Below are positions 48,087 to 58,940 of a DNA stretch of 64,000 nt, piece after piece. Made by a program: the position numbers and the translations under genes. Under the pieces are notes generated by a model. That model was not told where the DNA came from. It was given only the letters and a program-made list of their open reading frames with translations, and searched no databases. The stretch comes from an uncultured virus (IMG/VR IMGVR_UViG_3300021405_000011) (taxonomy: Duplodnaviria; Heunggongvirae; Uroviricota; Caudoviricetes): IMG/VR virus record IMGVR_UViG_3300021405_000011; one strand, 5' to 3'. Within the stretch, counting starts at the first letter, position 1. The number at the start of each line of letters is the position of its first letter.

Positions 48087-49037
48087 TTATTTGGGCCATT
48101 GTTTGTAGATAGCGGCCAGTCCAGCGTGATACCCAGTTCCAATCCCTTGCTCAAACGAGGACTCTCTTTCTGCCCCCTCCGTACCCTCGTATAACTGTCG
48201 CCCTCTCTCCATACACCACGTATAATCCGTGTATTTAGAGGGAGATAGCATTACTACCTCTGGGTCATTAGGGTCCACTTTTAACCGTTCATACCACTTT
48301 CGCCTGCCTTCAACCATCTCCTCAAGGGATTCCGTTTTGTGTCCCCAACGGGACAGAGGATTCAAATGTTTCTTGCATATTTCTTCCCGGAACTCACAGA
48401 TAGTACGATACTTATTTTCACACTGACCTCCAACGAGATTCCAAGGTATTAGCTTGGACTCCCGCGCCGCTCTAATCTGCTTGCATTTCACTAGTAATGC
48501 GTTCTTGGTGGAATCTAAAGCTACTTGTGAAAAAGTATGGAGACCATCTTCATGGTTCCGTGGCCACACCTCCGGCGGCGACGACTTCACACATGCTCGT
48601 ACCATTACTCTGGGGGCGTCTACGCCGAAACTAATCTCTTCCTCATTCTCCAGAAAAATACCTTGTTGGGCCGCGAGAGCGTACACGGCCACCTGCACGT
48701 CATTGGATATATCGTCCAGCCAACTTTCCTCGTCCTGTCCCTTATATGGCTTTCCCTCCCTTGTTAACTTGGGGGCACCCTTAGTCTTCCACTCCGCGTG
48801 AATCATCCCAATAGCGTCCATGAAATGGCAGTCTCCAATGCCAATGCAATAAAATTTGGGAGCCAGTTTGATATAGAAGGGGGTTTCCGTGGCCACTACC
48901 TTCCACTCCCATTCAGGCAATTCAGGAAGTTTCTCCAACATGAATTCAATTAATCTTGCACTTTCTTCCTTAGCTGGTCCCCCGGTTTCACACGCAACGA
49001 TGGCGTCAGAGACTAGTTGAGTATCAATCTTTATCAT
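48087..49037 (-). CDS. PD-(D/E)XK nuclease (Cas4/AddB-like), circularly permuted
   Basis: ATE, GIGD, EWKT, QVAVY and Cys cluster, then LSPSK..C...GTGYH at the C-terminus. Start chosen by GGAG RBS. Confidence 0.75.
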   Translation of the reverse strand: MIKIDTQLVSDAIVACETGGPAKEESARLIEFMLEKLPELPEWEWKVVATETPFYIKLAPKFYCIGIGDCHFMDAIGMIHAEWKTKGAPKLTREGKPYKGQDEESWLDDISNDVQVAVYALAAQQGIFLENEEEISFGVDAPRVMVRACVKSSPPEVWPRNHEDGLHTFSQVALDSTKNALLVKCKQIRAARESKLIPWNLVGGQCENKYRTICEFREEICKKHLNPLSRWGHKTESLEEMVEGRRKWYERLKVDPNDPEVVMLSPSKYTDYTWCMERGRQLYEGTEGAERESSFEQGIGTGYHAGLAAIYKQWPK

Positions 49038-49434
49038 TGACAATTTCTCCAGCTTGTGAGACATTATACTCATTAGTTTCTTCCCGCGTGGTGCCTCCAG
49101 ACGCCACGCTGCCCGCAACGGGCATATCCACGGCGGCATCGGTCTCTTCCCTTGACTGGTGCCGCCTCTCCCTTTCAGCTATCATCTGAGCCTTCTTATG
49201 GAGAGCAACAGCGTGGGGACAGTCATCGGTACCCAATTCCACTAGCATGTGACAGTCAATACAGAGCACGGTGGTGGCTAGGTGTGTGGTACCTGCGGCA
49301 CTTTTACCCAGTTTAATTCCTCTATCAATGAACCAATCTTCCCACTCTTCTCTCTTCAGGTGAGCTTCGATACTCTCATCCTCTCGCATATTAATTTCCC
49401 TATCCTCGTCTGGACGCAATTTATCCATGGCCAT
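49024..49434 (-). CDS. Hypothetical protein with CxxC
   Basis: Coupled to neighbours. Confidence 0.5.
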   Translation of the reverse strand: MAMDKLRPDEDREINMREDESIEAHLKREEWEDWFIDRGIKLGKSAAGTTHLATTVLCIDCHMLVELGTDDCPHAVALHKKAQMIAERERRHQSREETDAAVDMPVAGSVASGGTTREETNEYNVSQAGEIVNDKD

Positions 49435-49651
49435 CCCCCACGTTATTCACAGTTACCCTACCACTCTTCCTCTTCCTCGTCAACAGGATAGCTCCCCTAA
49501 CTCTCTGTTGGACTCTATAGTGGACAGCCTTAACGGTACCGATAGTCACTCCCAGCGTGTTGGCTACCTGACCGAACGTTAGTCCACTACCCAATAGAGA
49601 TATGACTTTATATTCAGAGTTACGGATGCGGAGAGAAGGGAGTTTATTCAT
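49421..49651 (-). CDS. LuxR-type HTH regulator
   Basis: E..VI.LLG.GLT..QVA..LGVT.GTVK.V. Confidence 0.75.
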   Translation of the reverse strand: MNKLPSLRIRNSEYKVISLLGSGLTFGQVANTLGVTIGTVKAVHYRVQQRVRGAILLTRKRKSGRVTVNNVGDGHG

Positions 49652-50087
49652 TGTTACCCTCCGACTGTTTGCCCGTGCCTGCTGGCTCACTCGTTTTACC
49701 TGCTAGGCCGCTCGCACCGAAGAACACTATCGGCACACAGTCGCGGCATAGCAACGCATCACTTATTACTAGCTTGATTCCGCCATCGATTTTCTCCATC
49801 GAAACATCGCAAGCCAATTCATCTTTCAGGTGTCGCTTGCAGCGGTCACAGAAAGCATCCATTAACAGATTGTCCGGCTTCGGTGGTTCAGGTTCCTTTT
49901 TACTCCACCACATCTTTCGCTCCTCTCTGGCCCGCGCTCAAGGACTGCTTGGGCGGGCGCTCGGCTGGCTTATGCCATAACTTCAGGACTCCGTTGCAGT
50001 GCAGCCCTCCGTTCAGTTTTGAAATCCACATGCCTCGCAGTACCCGCAACGGGTGACCGCACTTTTTATTCGCGCATCGTCTCACGC

Positions 50088-50909
50088 TCATCCGGCTTTC
50101 GCCTCCTTGTCTGGCTCCTGGCTGGCGAGGGCACGCAGCACCAGTGCGATTTGTTGGGGGTGGAAAATACCGTATACCTTGCTCTCGAAATGGCGAGCGG
50201 CTCCTTGCAGCCCTTCCGAGCGACCTCTTTCAACAGCTGCATTGACCGCTTCATAAGGGCTGCAAATTGGGCAGTTTGTTACTTGCTCTGCGTCGTCGTG
50301 TTTGTGCTCGCTCGGCTGGCGGGCTGCGGCCAGCAATGTATTCAACAGTTTAGTTAGGTTGACTTCATCAATATCATCCCCATCGCAATGCGTGCATTCC
50401 TGATGAATCCATGTCGCCTGTATGGCTTCTTGAACTTGCATTACTGTCAGTGAATGTTGAATGGGGCCATCAACGCTCTGCTCTCGGCAAGCCTCAAAGG
50501 CAGGGAGGCTACCCTTCGCGTCGGCTTTCGGTACTGCAATACCGGATAGCCCCAACTCTACCATCCCCGCCTCCTGAACGGCGGGCGCGGTTCTTCTCGT
50601 GGCGACAATTAGGGTTTCAACATACTCCGCGACCGTCTCGCCATTGTTTGGATAACTCGCTAATCGGACAATCTCTGCATGTTGAAAATCTGATAGCGTC
50701 TCGGCTGGCGCGGCTTCATCCATCTTCCAAGGTTTTGGCTTAAGCCTTCCGCCATCTACGAGTCTTGCATGCCCCAAGACGGCTGGCGCTGCGCTCTCAG
50801 CGGGCTGGGTGGCGAGAGCCTTCAACTCATTGAGTAGCCACTCATAACTTGATGTGCAAGCCAGTTTTCCCTCAGCCTGATTAATCAACTTTTGCAACGT
50901 ATCACTCAT
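50088..50909 (-). CDS. Hypothetical mosaic protein
   Basis: AAGGAG RBS, 273 aa. Confidence 0.55.
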   Translation of the reverse strand: MSDTLQKLINQAEGKLACTSSYEWLLNELKALATQPAESAAPAVLGHARLVDGGRLKPKPWKMDEAAPAETLSDFQHAEIVRLASYPNNGETVAEYVETLIVATRRTAPAVQEAGMVELGLSGIAVPKADAKGSLPAFEACREQSVDGPIQHSLTVMQVQEAIQATWIHQECTHCDGDDIDEVNLTKLLNTLLAAARQPSEHKHDDAEQVTNCPICSPYEAVNAAVERGRSEGLQGAARHFESKVYGIFHPQQIALVLRALASQEPDKEAKAG

Positions 50910-51355
50910 CGTTTCTCCTTGCGCTTGGCTCGCAGGCGCTCGACGTTGACGTAGCAGCCAAAGAATCCGTGATGCCGGCCTTCAAGTACACGCAGCGGCC
51001 TTGCCAACTGTGGATGTGTCGCCAACCGCACCTTCCGCTCTTTGGTCTTCACCACCCACCTACTTTCAGCGCGTCCTTGCGAATCTTCAACATAAGCTCG
51101 GCGAAAGTTTCATCGCTCATCGCTTTACAGGTCATATAATCCCACGCTTCGGCCTTCAACATTGGACGCTTCCAGAGACGCTTGAGCCATTTACGAGCTT
51201 TGGTCTTCATGTCTGGCGCTCCGGCTTCTTCTCTTCTTCAAGTTGCTTCCCGCAAAGGACGCAATACGTTGGGTATACGCTTACTTCAAACTCCTCTTTG
51301 CAATGAGGGCAATTTACTTCGTATCTGCCGTAATCGGCTCGTTCGACGCCCATGC

Positions 51356-51835
51356 TCATTTCTCCTCCATCGCTTTGCGAATCGCGGCTGCTTTACACAG
51401 CTCCGTGCAAGGAGGAAGACCGTGCATCCATTCCCCTGCGACTAATTGCGACGATTGCGGCCCGAAGCGCATACAGGCACCGCATATTTGAACACATGCT
51501 TCCTCCATCCCGGCACGACGGGCGGCGGCTAGAGAAACTGAGGGATTCAGCTTGCTAGTCCACAGCAAGTCAAATTGTTCGCGTGTGAGATGGCATGTAA
51601 TCTTATCGCCCTCAGCCGTCAGCAAGGAGTCGAGGCCGGAGACGAGCGGCTCAAGCGTTTGCAAATCAGTGATGAAATGATCGGCGTGCTCGATGTAGTC
51701 CTGCACAACGTCTTTCGTTGATTGGTGAACCAAATTCACACTGCCAATTCGCATCTTTTCGATGTATGACTGCCACTTCGCAATCAGAGCCTTTAGGCGC
51801 TCCGCTAGTCGCTCAGTGAGAGGAGTCGGAGTCAC
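51356..51835 (-). CDS. Hypothetical protein
   Basis: 159 aa with Cys/His-rich C-terminus. Confidence 0.5.
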   Translation of the reverse strand: MTPTPLTERLAERLKALIAKWQSYIEKMRIGSVNLVHQSTKDVVQDYIEHADHFITDLQTLEPLVSGLDSLLTAEGDKITCHLTREQFDLLWTSKLNPSVSLAAARRAGMEEACVQICGACMRFGPQSSQLVAGEWMHGLPPCTELCKAAAIRKAMEEK

Positions 51836-52497
51836 AATTTCACCTGCTTAACTTTCGCTGGCGGAGTATCGACTTTGAAGCCGCCAAGATAAAAGCAATC
51901 TTCCGCTGCCACATCCAGATAATGCCGATTCGGACAGGAAAGCCACTCGCCTGTACAATCGGGAACCATTCGTTGTAAACATTTCGGACAAATTGGGCCG
52001 CTCATCGCTTGCGCTCCACCACTCGCGGATTAACTATATCATACACAATCATAACTCTTCCCATCCTTCCATTTGAAAGAGAGGTCGCAGGTGAGACAAT
52101 GCCAGTGGCCTAAGTTAAGTTTAGCGGGACCATAACCTATTAAGCAGGGTTTACGCCCGCTGTCACCTCGATTGGTAAATATTGGCCCTTCACTGGCTAA
52201 CCTTCCACGTTTACCACAATTAGGACACCCATTCGGCTTGTAACCCTTGTCGAGCCAGTGGGTATGGAAACCGGGACAGGAGCCGGTGTTGGATTCCCGC
52301 AGAGCTGTACCTAATCCAGCCGACAATAGCTCGTTGTAGCGTTTGGTGGCCATCTATTTCCCTACCGTCTCCCATAATTTGATTACCAGAATGAACAGAA
52401 ATATGGCTGCTTGGAACGGAAAGAAGAATTTCCACACAAATTTACAGTAGAAACAGTTTTTATCCTCACAAGGTCCAATCCAGTCCCGTATGCTCAT

Positions 52498-52813
52498 CTA
52501 TCTCCCCTTTGCTGTCAGCGATTTAATCTTAAACCTCAACCAACTATTCACTTTCTTCCAGCGTTCGTGGGGAGTAGCGGTCTCGGGGATGGAGTCGTTT
52601 ACCCTAGCAACTTCATCCAGCAGGGCATCGTTTACCACCGCGCCGGGATTATCGGCCCAAAAGGCTCCCATGGCGCAGTGTTGGCCATTCTTGTGGAGCT
52701 TGCCAAAGATTAATTCTCGGCGTTTAGCTACGGAATCACGGATAAGGAATAGTGTCGTGTCATCCGGGAGTGCGGTTTCCCATGGCTTCGCGTTTATACA
52801 GTAACTTACTCAT
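52498..52813 (-). pseudogene. Frameshifted hypothetical gene
   Basis: Strong RBS and ATG at 52813, but the ~100-codon protein-like body is in the +1 frame after about codon 4. Confidence 0.5.
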
Positions 52814-53031
52814 GTTCTCTCCCTCCAACTTGATGGATGTTACCCTAACCTACGAATATTTGTCAAGTGGATTCCATCAGTCACTTTTAATTCTCCTGTA
52901 ACACTAGAAATGGGGAGTATGATAGTCTGGTGTCGCCGCAGGCCAGCGGCCCGTCCCGTCAACGGTACGGATTTGAGACACGGGCAGTCGCCGCTCCAAG
53001 GGGCTGCCCGATGTCTACCTTGGAGCACTAA

Positions 53032-53964
53032 ATGTCCCTTCCACATCAACGATTTCTCATCAACAACGTATGGCCCGCAGAAGAAGTACACCTCATCGGC
53101 GGTCCCTCAGGTTCAGGTAAGACACGATTCATCTTCCAACTCATCCTAAAATGGTCCAGAGGGGAACCTTTCCATAAACATGACTGTCATCCCATGCCCT
53201 TCGCCTACGTCTCCTGTGACCGTTCCCTTGATTCCGTGAAACGCACACTGGATAACCTCAGTATCCCCCTCGATTCCTTCCCCATGTTCTCCGATGTAGA
53301 CGATAAGCTGAACAATTTAGAGTGCATCATCAACAAAATTCGCACTCTCCAGCCTACTACCGAAGTCATCTTCATCGACGGTTTTATATCTCTCCTTCCC
53401 GGCGGCAAAATCAACGACTACGGTGTTGTTTCCAACTGGCTAAAGGACCTCAATCGTCTCTGTAAACGTCTCCACATCACCATCATAGGTATCGTCCATA
53501 CCACCAAGACCAAGGAAGGTGAGGCTTACCTGAATCCACGGGAGCAAATTATCGGCTCCACGGCCTTCGCTGGGTTTGCGGATGCTATTATCGTCCTTCG
53601 CCCCATAGATGTGGAAGAGACCACCACCAAACGCCGCCGTCTCTACATCCTTTCCCGCACCGGAGCCGCAGAACAGTTCGATTATGAATTCAACGATAAG
53701 GGTGAAATCCACCCTGTTGAATCCCTCCCTCCCGACGAGCCAGGTATCAGAGCCCGTTCCTATATTCTCAATCTCCCCCAAGGTTCCGTTTTCACCTATG
53801 AGGAGGTAGTAGGATTGGGTAAAATAAGTCGTGCCCAAACCTTCCGCATCCTTGGTGACCTTCAACGAAAAGGATTCATTGAACGTGTAGGGAAAGGTGA
53901 GTATACAACCCTCAAGGAATCTTCCTCCAGAACCCCGCTCACCCTAACATTTGACGTAAACTAA
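53032..53964 (+). CDS. RepA-type (AAA_25, SF4-like) helicase with C-terminal winged helix
   Basis: GGPSGSGKT, VIFIDG, IVH..K, GS.AF...AD, C-terminal HTH plus wing. Inverted relative to neighbours. Confidence 0.8.
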   Translation: MSLPHQRFLINNVWPAEEVHLIGGPSGSGKTRFIFQLILKWSRGEPFHKHDCHPMPFAYVSCDRSLDSVKRTLDNLSIPLDSFPMFSDVDDKLNNLECIINKIRTLQPTTEVIFIDGFISLLPGGKINDYGVVSNWLKDLNRLCKRLHITIIGIVHTTKTKEGEAYLNPREQIIGSTAFAGFADAIIVLRPIDVEETTTKRRRLYILSRTGAAEQFDYEFNDKGEIHPVESLPPDEPGIRARSYILNLPQGSVFTYEEVVGLGKISRAQTFRILGDLQRKGFIERVGKGEYTTLKESSSRTPLTLTFDVN

Positions 53965-53967
53965 ACC

Positions 53968-54224
53968 TCAGTCTCATCGGAGCCAGCGTATGCACTCCCC
54001 CCATAGGGGGTGGGTGGATGAGACTTTGGAAGAGTACGTGCTTATAAACCCTTACATATGTATAGTTTATAGTCTCTTGAGACCAGTCTCATGTCAGTCT
54101 CATGTGGTCTCATAGGGGGATGAGACTTTGGATGAGACTGTGTGTAAGTACAGTAGAATGTAAGGGATAAGTGGTGTCAGTCTCATCGCCGCCCCCCTCC
54201 ATGGGAGGACCCCCATGAGACTGA
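53968..54224. repeat. Iteron-like GTCTCAT/ATGAGAC cluster; probable replication origin
   Basis: Nine exact heptamers in both orientations plus two partial copies within ~250 bp. Confidence 0.8.
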
Positions 54225-54469
54225 AATAAGTCCTTTGTTTCTGCTATCCCTTTTTCTTGTCCAAAAACTCTCTCAGGGTTTCCTTGGGAATGTTAACCGG
54301 CAGAGAGGATAACTTATCTGCGAGTTTGTGCTTGTACTCCTCCGGCATTCCGGGTTCGACAACTAGTGTCACAGCGTCTTCTCCGTCCCAGAACACCACG
54401 GCAACAGGCTCCAATCCATAGGACGAAACTTCCTCTACAACTTTTTGAGAAAGCCAGTCGATATCCATC

Positions 54470-54925
54470 TCAGTCGTCCCCCGAATGCCCGGTCGCATCA
54501 CTCACACTCTCAGGTAGGGGAGTGGGAGTACCAGCGTCCACTTTAGGCGTCTCGGGGGCTAACACTCCCTTTGGGCAGTCCCATCTAATCCGGTCACGGG
54601 TGACAGTACGTTTCTCATAGACCACCGGCACCTCCTCCTCCACGGTTTCCTGTCCTACCACCACACGTTCACATACCTGTTCTCTACCCCAGAGAGCCTC
54701 CAGTGTCAGTAGTCCAAATTTCCTGGAGAGGACGAAGTAACTATCCCCTAACACTTCCTTCTTACACGTACCGAAGAGTTTGGCTATACGTGGGAGGTCC
54801 TCGGCCTTACGGGCGAAGATATTGAGTTCCGCCCGGTAGGGTAGCTCCAGTTCAGGACGCTCACGATAGAACTCGGCTAGTTCTATAAGACCGTTGATGA
54901 AATCTTCTCTAGTTGTTTCCTTCAT
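54470..54925 (-). CDS. Hypothetical protein
   Basis: AAGGA RBS, REQVCERVVVG...W.C motif. Confidence 0.55.
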   Translation of the reverse strand: MKETTREDFINGLIELAEFYRERPELELPYRAELNIFARKAEDLPRIAKLFGTCKKEVLGDSYFVLSRKFGLLTLEALWGREQVCERVVVGQETVEEEVPVVYEKRTVTRDRIRWDCPKGVLAPETPKVDAGTPTPLPESVSDATGHSGDD

Positions 54926-55865
54926 GTTGTCCTTCCTTTCTCTCATTTGGTCTAGCATCATACTCACTCTTGTACTCCCGAATATGTTCCATCACCATTT
55001 GTGACCAGTCTTTCATGGCTGTGATGGCTCGTAATACGGGCTCACGTTGCTGCGAGTCAGTCAACTGACAGTTTAGTGTCTCCCCGCCATCCACGAGGTC
55101 CAGAGCACACGCGCCACAAACGGGCAGACAATCCTTAGGAACATCTTTCTCAAAGGTAAGGGGATTGATGGCGATATTCCCATGACACACGAAACATTCC
55201 CGTTTGAGGGCTCCTTGTCTGTCCCTTACCAACAAAGGAATAGTCTTCCATGGCACACACACGAGAAATCTGACTTCCTTAATCTTGTCCATTGTTATCC
55301 TCCAGTTTGAATTTGGAAATCAGTCTCTCCAAAGCCACACGTGGACTATTACTCCCAGGTCCATTCTCCGCCACCTCCACCGCCAAATCCTCCTCGTCGT
55401 TCTCGATACAGAGGGAGACGCCCAGTCCACTCAATTCCTCAGCCGTGAACCTGTAGCCCTTGTCTAAAATGGCCCTAACCTTAGGCCCCAACTTGATATC
55501 CACGTCAGCCGTGATGGCCCTACGCCTACCGTCTGGACGCAGATATTGTGTTAGAGGTACCTCTACTGTAGTTTTCACGATATTTCTCCCTTTACTTCCT
55601 TTTCTCCCTAAACTGTTTTGGCACTGGATACGGCCTCCCAGCACACTTAAAACACGCCGGTTTGTACTCCCCACGAGGGACGTTATCCTCCCGGCGGCCA
55701 TATTGAGCGTCCGGAGTACCGCAGAAGTGGCAGGTATCCTCTCTGGATGCCACTCCCAGTGGCTTTCTAGCCCCTACAGCCGTCCTCCTAGCCCGGATGA
55801 CCATATTTTACCTTCCCAGCGCCAGAATGCCTCTCAGCCACAGGGCTAGGGCCAAGAATGGGGTA

Positions 55866-56300
55866 TTAGTGAGGCTCCCCAACCACCAAATCCCTAATCT
55901 CCTCCCTCACTCTCATCAAAATCTTCCCTAGATGATTCTGCCCTATCCCATTCACCGTCCCCCAGAATGCATCCCCCCACCAGTTACCTTCCTGTATCTC
56001 CTCATCTCCAGTATCCAAAAGCATCCCACGTAATGGTTCACTAGAGAACTTTTGGAGTACCAAACTCTCCATTACCCTAAGTTTCTCCTTCTCCCAATCC
56101 GGTCTCATTTTGACTATCCTACCCAACCGTTTAGCCTCGGACGCCTTAATATTCTCGAATCTGATACAGTCATGGATATCCGCACACTTCGCTGCCTGAT
56201 AGGCGTTCTCCACGGATGGATAAGGAACTCCATGCCAGTAGACGTAACAGGACCAGAAGTTGGAGAGGAATCGGAATTTCCCTGTTAGTTCGCCAATCAC
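55866..56300 (-). CDS. NADAR / YbiA family protein
   Basis: FLSNF, SVE.AYQA.K, LL.TG...I.EGN.W.D.FWG, G.N.LG.ILM.VR. Confidence 0.92.
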   Translation of the reverse strand: MIGELTGKFRFLSNFWSCYVYWHGVPYPSVENAYQAAKCADIHDCIRFENIKASEAKRLGRIVKMRPDWEKEKLRVMESLVLQKFSSEPLRGMLLDTGDEEIQEGNWWGDAFWGTVNGIGQNHLGKILMRVREEIRDLVVGEPH

Positions 56301-56987
56301 TTAGTTCTCCCCCTTAGCCGTCACCTTATTCGCCGCGAGTCCGATGACGTAACCCAACTTAACCAAATTGAACAACGTATCCTCCATCCCCATAATCCCC
56401 TTGTTATGCCCCATCAAGGTCCCTGTCACCAATATCTTGAGGAACATATCCCCTTCCCTCTCGTCCTTCACCACTCCCAATCCCACCAATATCTCGGGTA
56501 TGGTCGCGGACATCTTGACCATCCTCGACTCACCAAAGGACACCTTTTCCTTGGAGACCGTACTCCCACTAATTTCACTGAATTTAGCGTACATAGCGGC
56601 CAAACGTTCCCCGGTCAGTCCTGTTACGTCCATTTGTTACCTCCCTTGTCCCCATTTCCACTCCTTCGTACATCCCTCCCGTTCCAACTTAAACCTCTCG
56701 TCGATATCCTCCCGGTGCCACAAACTAATTGCCTGTCTATTTCCACACCTGGGGCATCCCTTGCTCACGTTCTTCCTGTCCTGAAACTCTCCACAATTTG
56801 GACAGTGGATATCAAAGGGCATGGTCACGCCCCATATCCCGGCGGTATCTCCACTGGATGATGGCACGCACACACACAGTTTAGGGAGAAACACTGTCTA
56901 TGTTTCCCAAACAAACAAGGCCGGGAGAATCCATCTACCATTTTTCTCCCTTTACTGGCCCCACGTTTACGACCTCTCCCTGTCCCT

Positions 56988-57476
56988 TTAGGCGTCACGT
57001 CGATGTAACCCAGTCCGTATATTAGCCGTCTGGTGGACAAACCTCTTCACCATCCCACCGCTATGGGAGTTATCCGGTTTAGTGGCCTTCCCCCTCCACG
57101 TCCCGAGTCGTGAGCACTTCGGTTGCGCCTTCAACTTATACTCCCCAGGTTCAAACATACTTCCACGGTCAAAGGACACGACTTCCCTACTGACAGCCTC
57201 AGGGACCTTATACCTCACAGCCTCCGCCCCCTTAATCACATAAGCCGTACTGGCCGATATGATTACACTCGTCGCGTGTTCCTGTCTCTTCACCGCCGTC
57301 GCCATGGCACACTCGTTATGGTCCTTCTTTTTACTTACCTTCTCGTCCCTATCCGTCACAGTGACAATTAAATCATCGTCCGCGTCCCTAACACTCGTTA
57401 CTCCAGGGACAAACTTCCGGATGACTCCCAATGCTATCCTCCCGATACCATTCTTTCTCACCTTACGTTTAGACAT
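56988..57476 (-). CDS. Hypothetical basic protein
   Basis: 162 aa, coupled to upstream gene. Confidence 0.55.
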   Translation of the reverse strand: MSKRKVRKNGIGRIALGVIRKFVPGVTSVRDADDDLIVTVTDRDEKVSKKKDHNECAMATAVKRQEHATSVIISASTAYVIKGAEAVRYKVPEAVSREVVSFDRGSMFEPGEYKLKAQPKCSRLGTWRGKATKPDNSHSGGMVKRFVHQTANIRTGLHRRDA

Positions 57477-57976
57477 TATCCATTCTCCTTTAGGTTATCT
57501 TCCTCACCAATGGCCCGTTTTACCTTTTCCTTAAGTAATTCTCCAGCGTCATCAGCCCCAAGGGTAATACTAGTGAACCCTCCCTCCGTCCTTGTAACTG
57601 TCTTAGTATCAGCCAGTTCCAACGCATGAGCCGCCGCTTCCATCTTCCCCAACTCATGCAACGCCTCAATCGGCCCACCCTCCGTAATCCCCACACGTCT
57701 CACCATATCCACCACTATCTGAGCCGCGTCATATCCATTATCGCGGTTATACCAAGTGGCATCGAAACTCACATCACTCGTCAGGTCCACTTTCATCACT
57801 CTACCCTTGAGGTAATCAAAGTATGCTCCCTTCAGTAACAGTTCCCTAGCCTCCTTCTCCTCCATATTATTTGGGTCATACTGGAGGAATCCCATCCCTT
57901 GTGGACGTGCAGCATTGTATAAGGCAGCCAACACACTCGCCTTGTCCAATCCCTCTATGTTGACCATCATTTTCAT
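57476..57976 (-). CDS. Conserved-looking viral hypothetical protein
   Basis: I.GLDKA.VLAALYN ... YFDYL.GRVMKVDL ... Y.RDNG pattern. Confidence 0.6.
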   Translation of the reverse strand: MKMMVNIEGLDKASVLAALYNAARPQGMGFLQYDPNNMEEKEARELLLKGAYFDYLKGRVMKVDLTSDVSFDATWYNRDNGYDAAQIVVDMVRRVGITEGGPIEALHELGKMEAAAHALELADTKTVTRTEGGFTSITLGADDAGELLKEKVKRAIGEEDNLKENG

Positions 57977-58658
57977 TATTACTCTCCCTTACCCCTACAA
58001 ATATCACAGTTACTAGATGCTGTCAACACTCATTTCGATTCATTCCATCCACGATAACTATCCAGATGACTCTCCTTATCCCTCTGATTAATCGGTCTCA
58101 TCCTCTCAGCAAACGCCCAAGCCTCTTCCGAATGGTCCAATCCCAAGAACACGGTACTCACCGTCCACTTGCCAACCTTAGTAAGCGCCACTCTCCTCTT
58201 ATCCCCATCCTCAAACCATCTCCCCCAAGTCAGCAAATCCTTCTCCACTACTGGCTTGTGGCCCTTCAGAATATATTTATTCATCATTCCCATGGTTTCT
58301 CCCTTTCCTCCATTTAATAGCCGCCAGTCTCAACCCCTCCGCTTGCGGCCCATCAAATTTCTTCCTCTTTACTCCACTCACCCTATTCGATATCTCCAGC
58401 GCACATATCCCGCACACGTCCGCCTTATCCCCGCTACTACTCACTATCGGACTCACCAACTCCTCCGGGTATAGCCAGGTACACACGCTACATGGCGTTA
58501 ACTTTGTGTCAGTCATCTCTTCCTTCTCTCCACCTCGTACCTGTTCTCCTTAAATGCCCTACTAACCGTATCCCTAACGAATACGGCCACACTTCTCTTG
58601 GGTAGCCACTTTGTCAGTGGTATTCTCTTCCTTTGTACCCTCACCACTCTCCACATGT

Positions 58659-58940
58659 TTACCTCTCCCTCGTCACTATCACCAAATTCCCCACTATCCC
58701 ATCCGCTGGCCACCGTCCATATATCTCGGTAGCCTTCCGGTTCAAGGGTAGCCCCTTCAACTTCCCTTCCTCATTTACATAAGCCTGATTATGACCATTC
58801 CCCGGCGGGAGATAAATCAACTCAATATACCCCTCCACTAACCCCTGTAACTCCTTCAAACTAAACTTCTTACCGTCTTTGGGATTCACTAGAGTATCCG
58901 TCCCATCCGGGTAGATTACTCGTGCTATCTGTCTCTTCAT
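58659..58940 (-). CDS. DUF3846-like protein
   Basis: L.ELQ.LV.GYIE ... VNEEGKL.GLP.N..AT ... IVG. Confidence 0.75.
   Translation of the reverse strand: MKRQIARVIYPDGTDTLVNPKDGKKFSLKELQGLVEGYIELIYLPPGNGHNQAYVNEEGKLKGLPLNRKATEIYGRWPADGIVGNLVIVTRER

Noticed and set aside
48087..49037. CRISPR-associated Cas4
   Set aside because: No cas1/cas2 or array. Context with Sak4-like and SSB-like genes indicates recombination.
53968..54224. CRISPR or transposon ends
   Set aside because: Repeats are 7 nt in mixed orientation with irregular spacing, and no cas or transposase gene is present.
58000..58026. TTGACA promoter on the minus strand
   Set aside because: The best -10 lies at a 15 nt spacing, which is too weak to call.
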